This document shows positions 9,751-19,024 of a stretch of DNA of 64,000 nucleotides, one piece after another. Source of the DNA: an uncultured Treponema sp. (GTDB lineage Bacteria > Spirochaetota > Spirochaetia > Treponematales > Treponemataceae); assembly GCA_937885175.1 (NCBI GenBank), contig CAKZZO010000063.1:3700-67699 (forward strand). The letters run 5' to 3'. A program made the position numbers and the translations under genes. Position 1 is the first letter of the stretch. Every line of letters starts with the position of its first letter. The notes under the pieces are model-generated. The model saw only the letters and a list, made by a program, of their open reading frames with translations, searched no databases and was not told the DNA's origin.

Positions 9751-11709
9751 ACGACGGATACAGTGGTACTCCGCTTTTACAATCTAAATCCATACATCGC
9801 CTATATCGGCATGCATGAGGCACTTGTCACAATGGTAAAACTGAATGTAGTGGCAACTTCTTATGCTGACGGCGTGTGGTCTTATACGGTGAAAAACAGT
9901 AATAACGAGCGTTTTGTTATGAACGTCAATACGCGGAACAGCACGGTGTATTGCGCAAATCTTGCTGACTTCATTTCTTCAGAAATATCATCTTCGTCTT
10001 CAGCTGCCCTTGTCTCAAGGCGAACTTCTTTTGCAGCAGATGATTACGAAACTGCAGAGTACGGTGATCTTGACGACGGTGATGACTATGTAAAGCCCGC
10101 AGAGACTGACGATTACACTGACTTTGTAAACCTCTTTGGCGCAGGTGACCAAAAGATGCCGGTGACCATGGTTGGTGCAAATACATGGTGCACGCCTACC
10201 ACCTTTGAGCTTGCAAAATACGGCATGAAGATATATGCAGGCAGCGATGATGCCTATATCCCCCTGGCGGCACTTACTGCAATCTTAACACCGTCGGCGG
10301 ATGCTTTTGTATGGAATGGCGATCGGATTATCAGACGCAATTTTGATACTAATGACATGAAGGATGACTTTGCTGAATGGCGCAAAACTGATACGCGTCC
10401 AGAAGAATTTATCGATTTTACCTACAATATTCTCTGTTTTAACCATGACTACTGCTACGGTCAGCCGGGCTATTACGGTATCTTTGATATCGATGGGGAT
10501 GGCTACAATCTTGGCGATGAGGCAACAGGAACCAAAGCGGCTGACAAACTTGACCTTGACAGCCTTCTTAAAAAGTATGCGCCAAGTGTATACACTAATT
10601 TGCATTCATCATCTTACAACACCTATGTTACGGCCTTGGCAACGCTGATGAACTACATCCTTGGCGATGGCCACACAGGTATGTTTGTTCCAAAGAAGCC
10701 CGAAGGAACTACAATCAACCTTCCTAATGAGGATAAACTTCCTTCTTCTGGAAAAAGAAAGCTCTTGAATAAGGCTTCGGATGGACTGGAAACAAAAACT
10801 AATGATACATATATTCCTAAACGCGATGCAATCATAGAGAACTTGCCTGAGAATCGTCGCTTTGTGCTTGATGGCTGCAACTATAAGAAAGATGCAAATA
10901 AAACCCCGGTTCGTTTTGTATCATTCTCAGAAGACTATACAACGGCAGTCATTCATTTTAACTCGTTTGCTATACCTAATATACAGGCTTGGAACGTTGA
11001 ATATCCAAAATGGACTGCCTATAATAGTGCGGATGATGCTGGAAAGGCGGCTATCGATGCTGATGAGGCTAAGAAACCATCCTATCCCAATGATGATCTG
11101 GGGCTTTTCTACTATGCCTTTAACCTTATCGAAACAAATACTCTCGTAAAAGACAAGGTTCAGAACATCGTCATAGACCTTTCCGTAAATGGCGGCGGCT
11201 CAGTGGCGGATGTAGGCTATTTGCTTTCATTCCTTTACGGCGACATCATGCTCATCGATCAGGATGCCCACACGGGAGCAAACGTTCTGACATCTTATTC
11301 TACAGACTTGAACCTTGACGGTACTGTTGATGAAAAAGATGATACGCTTCGCAAAAACCGCAATACGAAATACAAAATGGCGATTCTGACTTCTGAATCC
11401 TCATTCTCCAGCGCAAACCTCTTCCCCGTCATGGCAAAGGAAGTGTGCGGCGCAAAAATTATCGGACGGCGTTCTTCTGGCGGCTCTTGCAGCATCAACA
11501 CTTTCTGCACGCCAGACGGCTTTACCTATTACTATTCCATCGCCCTGCGCGGTACTCCCGACATGTTAACGGAAGACCGCTACATGGCAATGGAAAACGG
11601 TGCGGCAGTGGATGCTACGCTTGACTATACTACCAGTGGTGTCAATGACTTCTACAGTTATGCAAAACTCAAAGAGGCTGTTGAAGCGGTATACAAGACC
11701 ACAAACTAA
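9751..11709 (+). pseudogene. 5'-truncated paralogue of the S41-peptidase-like lipoprotein gene
   Basis: The frame opens only after TAG 9748-9750, and the first start is GTG 9763. From its first residues (TTDTVVLRFYNLNPYIAYIGMHEAL) it aligns with residues 61-85 of the downstream paralogue (TEDTARIRLYKGNKYVAYMGMNTAL). The signal peptide and lipobox are therefore missing. It may still be translated from GTG. Confidence 0.55.
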
Positions 11710-11718
11710 GAGAGAACT

Positions 11719-13776
11719 ATGAAAATGACACTTAGGAAATTGAATCCAAAAATCTGGAATCTCTGTGCGGGTCTGTTACTGGCTTTTTCCTTTGCGGCCT
11801 GTACCTACGAGGAGTACACCCTTACCATAAAGGATGCGGAAGAGGAGACCGAGGAATTTACGGAAAACAAAGTCTTCATTCGTAGCAGTGGAGACTTGAC
11901 AGAAGATACAGCGAGAATCCGCCTCTACAAGGGGAACAAGTATGTCGCTTACATGGGCATGAATACCGCTCTTGCAACGCTTGCAAAACTGAATGTGGTA
12001 TCGACTTCCTACGCTGACGGCATCTATTCATACAAACTGAAAAACAGCGATGGAATACAGTTTGTCATAAACGTAAACCCGGGGAAGGGTACGGTCTATT
12101 GCGCAGGTTTTTATGAAATCTTCTCTACAAGCAAGAGTGATATAGCCCAAGCGGCTTCATCAACTGATACAAGTAGGAACTATCCCTTTGTCGCAATTTC
12201 TTCCACTACGAATGTCACTCCCTATACCTTTGACCTTGCAAAGTATGGCATGAAGATGTATGCAGGCTCGGACGATGCCTATCTCCCGCTTGCGGCTTTG
12301 TGTGCCATTTTCTATCCGGCAGGAAATTATCTGACATGGAACGGAGTTGACCTTATCAAGGGTACAGAGAGTTCGATAAGTGATTTCAAAGACTGGCGAA
12401 TGAAGGATGAACGCCAGAGCGAGCTGATTGACTACAACTACAACATGCTCTGCTTTATCCATGACTACTGCTATGGCCATCCGGGCTACTATGGGCTCTT
12501 TGATGAAGACAATGACGGCTTTAATCTGAAAGATGAAGAGACCAGAACTGCCGAGGCAGACAAGCTGGATTTTGACACGCTCCTTAAAAACCATGCAAAA
12601 GATGTGTATGAGGGCTTGCACTCCGCTTCCTATAGCACCTATATTGCTTCGCTCTATAAGTTAACCAAATATGTCTACGGTGATGTTCACACAGGCATGA
12701 AGATTCCTTCAATGCCTGTAGGAAGCGAAATTGATACGACAGCCGCAAGAAAAGTGACGGTTTCCGGAAAATACAAAGTGTCGGATAAATGTGACGAGAC
12801 TCTGAATGATATTATTGATGCACCAAAGCGAGATGTATTGGCAAAGAAAGCCTATGAGGAAGGCAGGCTGATTCTAAACCCCGGTGATGCGTATGTGACG
12901 AATTTTTCTGGGCTGCCAATTCGCTATGTATCCTTTGATACGGCAACGAACCCTACGACAGCAGTCCTCCACTTTGACAGCTTTGAGGCAATAAATGATG
13001 CCGCCTGGAAAAAGGAATATCCGAAATGGATTTACTATAATGAGCAGACTGATGCAGAAAAAGCATTGATAGATGCTGCTACAGCAGACTCTGATTCCAC
13101 ACGCTATGCCCAAAAGCCCTCTTACCCCAATGACGACCTGGGATTCTTTTATTATGCCTTTAATCAAATCGAAAACAAATACCCAACGGTAAAAAATGTG
13201 GTCATAGACATTTCCGTAAATGGTGGCGGTGCTGTGGCTGATGTGGGATTCTTGCTTAACTTCATTTGTTCTGGCTATTATGAGGGTAGCGGTGAAGATG
13301 AGGATTCTGTTTCTCAGGATGTCTGGCTGACAGATCAGGATGTTCATGCCGGTTCTAGCATAAAGACGATGTATTTTCTTGACCTGAATCTTGATGGGAA
13401 AATTAATGCCCTTGATACCGAGGTGTGTGCTGCTCGTCGGAAAAAGTACAGCATAGCCATTCTGACTACAGGCTGCTCATTCTCTTGCGCAAATCTCTTC
13501 CCGGTTATGGCAAAGGACTTCGGCATAAAGATAATCGGTCAACGGTCACTGGGTGGCAGCTGTGATGTCGTTCCCTTCGTTACGGTAGACGGCTTTATTT
13601 ACCGATACTCTGTTGCTCGGCGTGGCGTTCCCGCAGACGGTAAGTATACCACCATGGAAAATGGTGCAGCCGTGGACAAAGAAATTAACTACGGCACGGG
13701 TACTGATGCAGAAATTGCCGCTTTCTACAAGGAGGCCAGCCTTGGTGCGGCCGCAGCAGAAGTAGACAAGAAGTAA
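11719..13776 (+). CDS. S41 (C-terminal processing) peptidase-like lipoprotein
   Basis: 685 aa. Signal peptide with lipobox LLLAFSFAAC; S41-type block VVIDISVNGGGAVADVGFLL and ILTTGCSFSCANLFPVMAK. Clear paralogue of 9751-11709. Confidence 0.75.
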   Translation: MKMTLRKLNPKIWNLCAGLLLAFSFAACTYEEYTLTIKDAEEETEEFTENKVFIRSSGDLTEDTARIRLYKGNKYVAYMGMNTALATLAKLNVVSTSYADGIYSYKLKNSDGIQFVINVNPGKGTVYCAGFYEIFSTSKSDIAQAASSTDTSRNYPFVAISSTTNVTPYTFDLAKYGMKMYAGSDDAYLPLAALCAIFYPAGNYLTWNGVDLIKGTESSISDFKDWRMKDERQSELIDYNYNMLCFIHDYCYGHPGYYGLFDEDNDGFNLKDEETRTAEADKLDFDTLLKNHAKDVYEGLHSASYSTYIASLYKLTKYVYGDVHTGMKIPSMPVGSEIDTTAARKVTVSGKYKVSDKCDETLNDIIDAPKRDVLAKKAYEEGRLILNPGDAYVTNFSGLPIRYVSFDTATNPTTAVLHFDSFEAINDAAWKKEYPKWIYYNEQTDAEKALIDAATADSDSTRYAQKPSYPNDDLGFFYYAFNQIENKYPTVKNVVIDISVNGGGAVADVGFLLNFICSGYYEGSGEDEDSVSQDVWLTDQDVHAGSSIKTMYFLDLNLDGKINALDTEVCAARRKKYSIAILTTGCSFSCANLFPVMAKDFGIKIIGQRSLGGSCDVVPFVTVDGFIYRYSVARRGVPADGKYTTMENGAAVDKEINYGTGTDAEIAAFYKEASLGAAAAEVDKK

Positions 13777-13835
13777 AAACAGCAAATGGTATTTTTTACT
13801 TGCCGTTAGATGTGATTTTGTTGTATCTTTAAGGT

Positions 13836-14372
13836 ATGGAAGAAAAGATTAGGAGTACAACAGTCATTGCCGTCAAGCGCAATGGAAAGGTTGCCATGGC
13901 GGGTGACGGTCAGGTTACGGCGGGAAATACTGTCGTAAAGGGTAATGCCCACAAAGTCCGCAAGATTTACAATGGCAAGGTGCTTACGGGCTTTGCCGGT
14001 TCTGTGGCAGATGCCTTTACCCTCTTTGACAAATTTGAAGAAAAACTAAAGGAATACAACGGCGACATCATGCGCTCTGCGGTGGAGCTGGCAAAACTCT
14101 GGCGTACAGAACGTGCCTATCAGAAACTTGAAGCCATGCTCCTTGTGGCAAACAGCGAGCGCATCCTTTTGATTAGCGGCGACGGCAACGTAATTGAGCC
14201 GGAAAATGATGTGTGTGCCATCGGTTCTGGCGGAAACTATGCCTATGCGGCAGCCTTGGCCTATCTGGAAGCAAGTGATTTAAGCGCAAGGGAAATTGCA
14301 GAAAAAAGCCTGAAAATCGCAGGCGACATCTGTATCTATACCAACCATACACTCACAATCGAGGAAATTTAA
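13836..14372 (+). CDS. hslV: ATP-dependent protease subunit HslV
   Basis: 178 aa. N-terminal [21 protein letters not shown] with the catalytic Thr context. Overlaps hslU by 1 nt (TAATG). Confidence 0.93.
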   Translation: MEEKIRSTTVIAVKRNGKVAMAGDGQVTAGNTVVKGNAHKVRKIYNGKVLTGFAGSVADAFTLFDKFEEKLKEYNGDIMRSAVELAKLWRTERAYQKLEAMLLVANSERILLISGDGNVIEPENDVCAIGSGGNYAYAAALAYLEASDLSAREIAEKSLKIAGDICIYTNHTLTIEEI

Positions 14373-15781
14373 TGGCACTTTCTGGACTTACCCCAAAACA
14401 AATTGTAGAAAAACTGGACGCATATATCATCGGGCAAAAAGAGGCAAAGAAAGCCGTGGCGATTGCCTTGCGAAACCGTGAGCGGCGCATTCACTTGGAT
14501 GAAGATATTCGTGATGAAGTTGCACCAAAAAATATCCTGATGATAGGACCTACTGGCGTTGGAAAAACCGAGATTGCCCGCCGCCTTGCAAAACTGGTAA
14601 ACGCACCCTTTCTCAAAGTGGAGGCAACCAAATACACCGAGGTAGGCTATGTTGGTCGTGATGTGGAAAGCATGATTCGAGACCTGATGGCTGTGGGCTA
14701 CACCAATGTCAAGGCAGAGATGGAAGACAAACTGCGGGAGGCATGTAAGCCCAAGGTTGAAGAAAAACTCCTTGATTTGCTGCTTCCGGGCACGGGTGAA
14801 AAAGACAAGAAAAAGGATAAGTCGGCGGACACGCCCTTTGCCAATCCTGTTTCGCCCACGCTTCCTGAGCCTGCGGAAGGACAGAAGGAAGACCTGAATT
14901 CCACCCGTGAAAAATTCCGCCAGATGCTGCGGGAAGGCAAACTGGAAGACAGGGAAGTGGAAGTGACGGTAGAACGCACCACCCGTATGCCCAGCATGGG
15001 AATCATTGCCAGCGGAAATATGGAAGACTTGCAGAGCGGAGTGGAAGACCTGACCCAAATGCTTACAGGCGGTCGCTTTAAGAAAAAGCAGGTTTCAATC
15101 CGTGAGGCCCGCAAGATTATTACGGAAGAAACACTGGATTCCATGATTGATGTGGACAAGGTTTCTGAAGAAGCCAAAAAGCGGGTGGAGCAGAGCGGCA
15201 TTGTCTTTATTGATGAAATTGATAAGATTGCCACCAAAGGCGGACAGGCTAGCGGGCAGGACGTAAGCCGAGAAGGCGTACAGCGCGACATTCTTCCCAT
15301 TGTGGAAGGCTCCAAAGTCAATACTCGCTACGGTGTTGTAGATACTACCCACATTCTCTTTGTGGCTGCAGGAGCCTTTAGCGTGTCTGCTCCCAGCGAT
15401 TTGATTCCTGAACTGCAAGGACGCTTTCCCCTGCGGGTGGAACTGGAATCTTTGAGCAAGGATGACTTTAAGCGCATTCTGACTGAACCGAAAAACTCCC
15501 TTTCCAAGCAGTATACGGCACTTTTGGGAACTGAGGGCGTTACCCTGGACTTTACCGATGATGCCATTGACAAGATGGCGGCAATCGCGGAAGAAGTGAA
15601 CAGCCACAGCGAAAATATCGGAGCCCGCCGCCTGCACACGATTATGGAAAAAGTCACCGAGGAAATCAGTTTTGATGCTGACGAGCACTCTGGCGAAACC
15701 ATAAAAGTGGACAGTTCCTTTGTGGAAGAAAAACTAAAGGGCATCAGTACCGATCAGGATTTGAGCCGCTACATTCTCTAG
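14372..15781 (+). CDS. hslU: ATP-dependent protease ATPase subunit HslU
   Basis: 469 aa. LTPKQIVEKLDAYIIGQ, Walker A GPTGVGKTEIARRLA, Walker B GIVFIDEIDKI, and the HslU I-domain insertion. Confidence 0.95.
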   Translation: MALSGLTPKQIVEKLDAYIIGQKEAKKAVAIALRNRERRIHLDEDIRDEVAPKNILMIGPTGVGKTEIARRLAKLVNAPFLKVEATKYTEVGYVGRDVESMIRDLMAVGYTNVKAEMEDKLREACKPKVEEKLLDLLLPGTGEKDKKKDKSADTPFANPVSPTLPEPAEGQKEDLNSTREKFRQMLREGKLEDREVEVTVERTTRMPSMGIIASGNMEDLQSGVEDLTQMLTGGRFKKKQVSIREARKIITEETLDSMIDVDKVSEEAKKRVEQSGIVFIDEIDKIATKGGQASGQDVSREGVQRDILPIVEGSKVNTRYGVVDTTHILFVAAGAFSVSAPSDLIPELQGRFPLRVELESLSKDDFKRILTEPKNSLSKQYTALLGTEGVTLDFTDDAIDKMAAIAEEVNSHSENIGARRLHTIMEKVTEEISFDADEHSGETIKVDSSFVEEKLKGISTDQDLSRYIL

Positions 15782-15784
15782 CCC

Positions 15785-18457
15785 ATGGGTAATTTTCACG
15801 GCGGCGCAAATCCTTGCGAACTGGATTTTTCTGTAAACGTCAATCCCCTTGGGCTGCATCCTGCGTCTCAAGGGGCAGTATCTTTCCTCTCTCTGCATAC
15901 AAAATCACTTTCGTCATATCCTGATGCAGACTGCACCGAATTGCGCGGACTTTTGTCACGATTCTGGTCTTTTCCTGCCCAACACATTGTGTGCAGTGCC
16001 GGGGCGGCGGACATGATTTTTTCCCTTGTGCAGGCGTATGCTCGCCAGAGTGACCTCAAAAGCCTGGTGATTGTGGAGCCAGCCTTTACGGAATACGAGC
16101 GGGCGGCTGTTCGTTGCGGCTTTTCCGTCCGTCATTTTTTGCTTTCTCAAAAGAATGCTTTTTCCTTTACAAAGGCAGACCTTGCCCGTCTGGCAGACGA
16201 CTTGGACGGAGCGGGAATGCTTTTTCTTGCACTGCCAGCCAATCCCACGGGCGCTCTTGTGCCAGCCGAGATGCTTTGTGAAATAGCCGCGCTTTGCGAA
16301 AAAAAACAGGTGTTTTTTTGTGTGGATGCAAGTTTTTCGCAGTTTTCCGCTTTGGCGGAGCAGACGCTGCGGGCTCTGCTTTCCCGCCGATCGGGTTTTC
16401 CCCATGTTCTTGTGCTGAATGCCTTTACCAAGTTTTATGGCATGGCAGGCTTACGGCTGGGCTATGCACTTTGCTTTTCAGAGACAATTGCCCGAATGTT
16501 GGCGGACAGTATGCGTCCCTGGCCAGTAGGAAGCACGGAACTTGCGGCGGGTCTTGCCGTCTTGCAGGCGGAAATACAGGAAAAAGGGAATGCACGCACG
16601 CTGTCTGAGTGGGAAAAATCTACGCGTAGTCTTGTTTTGGCTGAGCGTAGGCGGCTTACAGAGTCATTGCAGGCGCAGGACTACAAAGTCATTCCTGGTG
16701 AAGCCAATTTTATTTTATTCCGCTCAAAGGAAAACGACCTTGCCCAGCGGCTTTTGCAAAAAGGCATTGCCATCCGCTCTTGTGCTGATTTTTACGGTCT
16801 CGACCAAGAATGGTATCGTATTGCGGTGCGCAGCCAAAAAGAAAACAGCCGGCTCATTGCCGTTCTTGACGAATTGCAGGGCTGTCGCCATGAGAAAGCC
16901 GCTCAAGAAAGCACGGCTCTAACTCATCGCGCCAAAAATATCATGCTGCAGGGAACCATGAGCAATGCAGGTAAATCCCTTCTGACCGCCGCTTTGTGTC
17001 GGATTTTCAGGCAGGACGGCTATCGCGTTGCTCCCTTCAAAAGCCAGAACATGGCCTTGAATAGCGGTGTAACGGCGGACGGTCTTGAAATGGGGCGAGC
17101 ACAGATTATGCAGGCAGAGGCGGCAGGGCTTTTGCCTGATGTGCGTATGAATCCTGTCTTGCTAAAACCAACGGGTGACCATACCAGTCAGGTCATTGTA
17201 AACGGAAAAGCTGTTGGAACTATGGATGCCCGCGAATATTTTTCTTTTCGCTCCAGTCTTCTTCCCCAGATTTTGGAAGCCTACGACTCTCTTTCCCGGG
17301 AAAATGACATTATTGTAATAGAAGGGGCGGGAAGTCCTGCCGAAATCAACCTGAAAAAAGACGACATTGTGAACATGGGGCTGGCAGAATTGCTGGATGC
17401 CCCGGTGCTGCTGGCGGGAGATATTGACCGTGGCGGAGTCTTTGCTTCTCTGTATGGAACCGCAGCCCTGGTGAATCAGAAAGAACGTCAGCGCATAAAG
17501 GCTTTTGTGATAAACAAATTTCGAGGCGATGTCTCTCTTTTGCAGGATGGACTTGACCAGATAGAGAATTTGACGGGAATTCCAGTGCTTGGCGTCGTGC
17601 CCTTTATTTCTGGCCTGATGATTGACGATGAAGATAGCCTGAGCGGTCAACTTGCTGCAGCTGAAAGTCAAAAAAACAAGCAGGAAGCCGCCCTGCATAT
17701 TGCTGTACTGCGCCTTCCTTTTATTTCAAATTTTACGGACTTGCAGACATTCAGCCGTCTACCCTTTGTGCAGGTAAGTTTTTTTGACTCTTTTGACACG
17801 TATTCCCAAGCGGTCAGTGAGTATGGGGAGCCGGATATGTTTGTGATTCCCGGTACAAAAAACACCGTTCATGCCCTTTTTTGGCTGCGGGAGACAAAAC
17901 TTGACCGCCTTATCATTCAGAAAGCAAAAAGCGGACTTCCAACGATTGGCATTTGCGGCGGCTTTCAGCTTTTGGGAAAAATCCTGCGCGATGAAGATGG
18001 AAACGAAGATGAAGGCAGGCAAAGTGAAATGGCTGCGCTGGGGTTGCTTCCCATAGAAACGTCATTCACCAAAGAAAAAACGCGGGCGCAGGTGGACACG
18101 GTGCTTCAAAAAATTGTCGGAATCTTTGCACCGCTTTCTGGCTGCCGAGTTACCGGCTACGAGATTCATCAGGGCGTGACAAGGTTTTTTAGCACCGATG
18201 ACGGAGAAAAAACTGCTGTGCCATCTGTCTGTGTCTGTGAAAATGTCCTTGGCACCTATATCCATGGCTTTTTTGACAGTGATGAAATTTCCCGTGCAAC
18301 CATTGCTCTGCTCTGCCAGCGAAAAGGAATCCCCCTTCCTGCCTATCAGCCTTATCAGCAGGAGCGACAAGCCGCCTATGACCGTCTTGCAGACCTGGTG
18401 CGAAAGTCCCTGAATATGGATGCGGTCTACAAAATTGTCTTTGGCAACAAAGTATGA
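15785..18457 (+). CDS. cobD-cobQ: Fusion protein: threonine-phosphate decarboxylase (CobD-like aminotransferase fold) + cobyric acid synthase (CobQ/CbiP)
   Basis: 890 aa. The N-terminal ~360 aa begin HGGANPCELDFSVNVNPLG (CobD type). From ~residue 385: NIMLQGTMSNAGKSLLTAALCR..APFKSQNMALNS (CobQ ATPase) and the C-terminal GATase block ICGGFQLLG. Confidence 0.85.
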   Translation: MGNFHGGANPCELDFSVNVNPLGLHPASQGAVSFLSLHTKSLSSYPDADCTELRGLLSRFWSFPAQHIVCSAGAADMIFSLVQAYARQSDLKSLVIVEPAFTEYERAAVRCGFSVRHFLLSQKNAFSFTKADLARLADDLDGAGMLFLALPANPTGALVPAEMLCEIAALCEKKQVFFCVDASFSQFSALAEQTLRALLSRRSGFPHVLVLNAFTKFYGMAGLRLGYALCFSETIARMLADSMRPWPVGSTELAAGLAVLQAEIQEKGNARTLSEWEKSTRSLVLAERRRLTESLQAQDYKVIPGEANFILFRSKENDLAQRLLQKGIAIRSCADFYGLDQEWYRIAVRSQKENSRLIAVLDELQGCRHEKAAQESTALTHRAKNIMLQGTMSNAGKSLLTAALCRIFRQDGYRVAPFKSQNMALNSGVTADGLEMGRAQIMQAEAAGLLPDVRMNPVLLKPTGDHTSQVIVNGKAVGTMDAREYFSFRSSLLPQILEAYDSLSRENDIIVIEGAGSPAEINLKKDDIVNMGLAELLDAPVLLAGDIDRGGVFASLYGTAALVNQKERQRIKAFVINKFRGDVSLLQDGLDQIENLTGIPVLGVVPFISGLMIDDEDSLSGQLAAAESQKNKQEAALHIAVLRLPFISNFTDLQTFSRLPFVQVSFFDSFDTYSQAVSEYGEPDMFVIPGTKNTVHALFWLRETKLDRLIIQKAKSGLPTIGICGGFQLLGKILRDEDGNEDEGRQSEMAALGLLPIETSFTKEKTRAQVDTVLQKIVGIFAPLSGCRVTGYEIHQGVTRFFSTDDGEKTAVPSVCVCENVLGTYIHGFFDSDEISRATIALLCQRKGIPLPAYQPYQQERQAAYDRLADLVRKSLNMDAVYKIVFGNKV

Positions 18458-18469
18458 TATACTTTCCCC

Positions 18470-19024
18470 ATGATTCATCTGTACTATGGAGACGGAAAAG
18501 GTAAGACAACGGCGGCAATTGGACTGGCTGTCCGTGCAGCAGGAGAGGGGCTGCCTGTTTTTTTTGTGCAGTTTATGAAAAATGCACCCGTGGGGGAGGT
18601 GCTTTCCCTTGAAAAACTGGGCATTACGATAGTGCGTGGAAAAAGCGGCTCCCATTTTTTTTCACAGATGACGGAAGAAGAAAAGCGGGAAACTAAGAAG
18701 CGGGGGAACGAAAACCTTACCTGCGTCCTTGCCTCTCTTTACGAATCTACCTTTGCCGGCGAAAGGACAGGGGAAGAAAAGGGAGATTTACCCCGCGCCT
18801 TGCTTATTTTGGATGAAATCTGCGCCGCCTATCAACATGACTTGATTGACCGCAAGGCAGTGGATGCGCTCATTTTCAATCCTCCTCCGCTGGTGGAATT
18901 GGTGCTTACCGGGCGAAATCCGCCATCTTTGTTTTTGGAAAAAGCCGACTATATTACCGAGATGAAGAAAATCCGCCATCCCTATGATGCAGGGCTTGCG
19001 GCGCGAAAAGGGGTGGAGTTTTGA
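18470..19024 (+). CDS. cobO: Cob(I)yrinic acid a,c-diamide adenosyltransferase (CobO/BtuR type)
   Basis: 184 aa. MIHLYYGDGKGKTTAAIGLAVRAAG P-loop typical of CobO; LILDEI...; C-terminal RHPYDAG. Confidence 0.85.
   Translation: MIHLYYGDGKGKTTAAIGLAVRAAGEGLPVFFVQFMKNAPVGEVLSLEKLGITIVRGKSGSHFFSQMTEEEKRETKKRGNENLTCVLASLYESTFAGERTGEEKGDLPRALLILDEICAAYQHDLIDRKAVDALIFNPPPLVELVLTGRNPPSLFLEKADYITEMKKIRHPYDAGLAARKGVEF

Noticed and set aside
14369-15744. Several 130-230-aa minus-strand ORFs opposite hslU
   Set aside because: They overlap a gene with unambiguous HslU motifs. Their products are Ser/Arg/Phe-rich nonsense typical of antisense frames.
13777-15790. Cobalamin riboswitch expected ahead of the cob genes
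   Set aside because: The only leaders available are 59 nt (before hslV) and 3 nt (before cobD-cobQ). Both are too short, and no B12-box-like sequence was seen.
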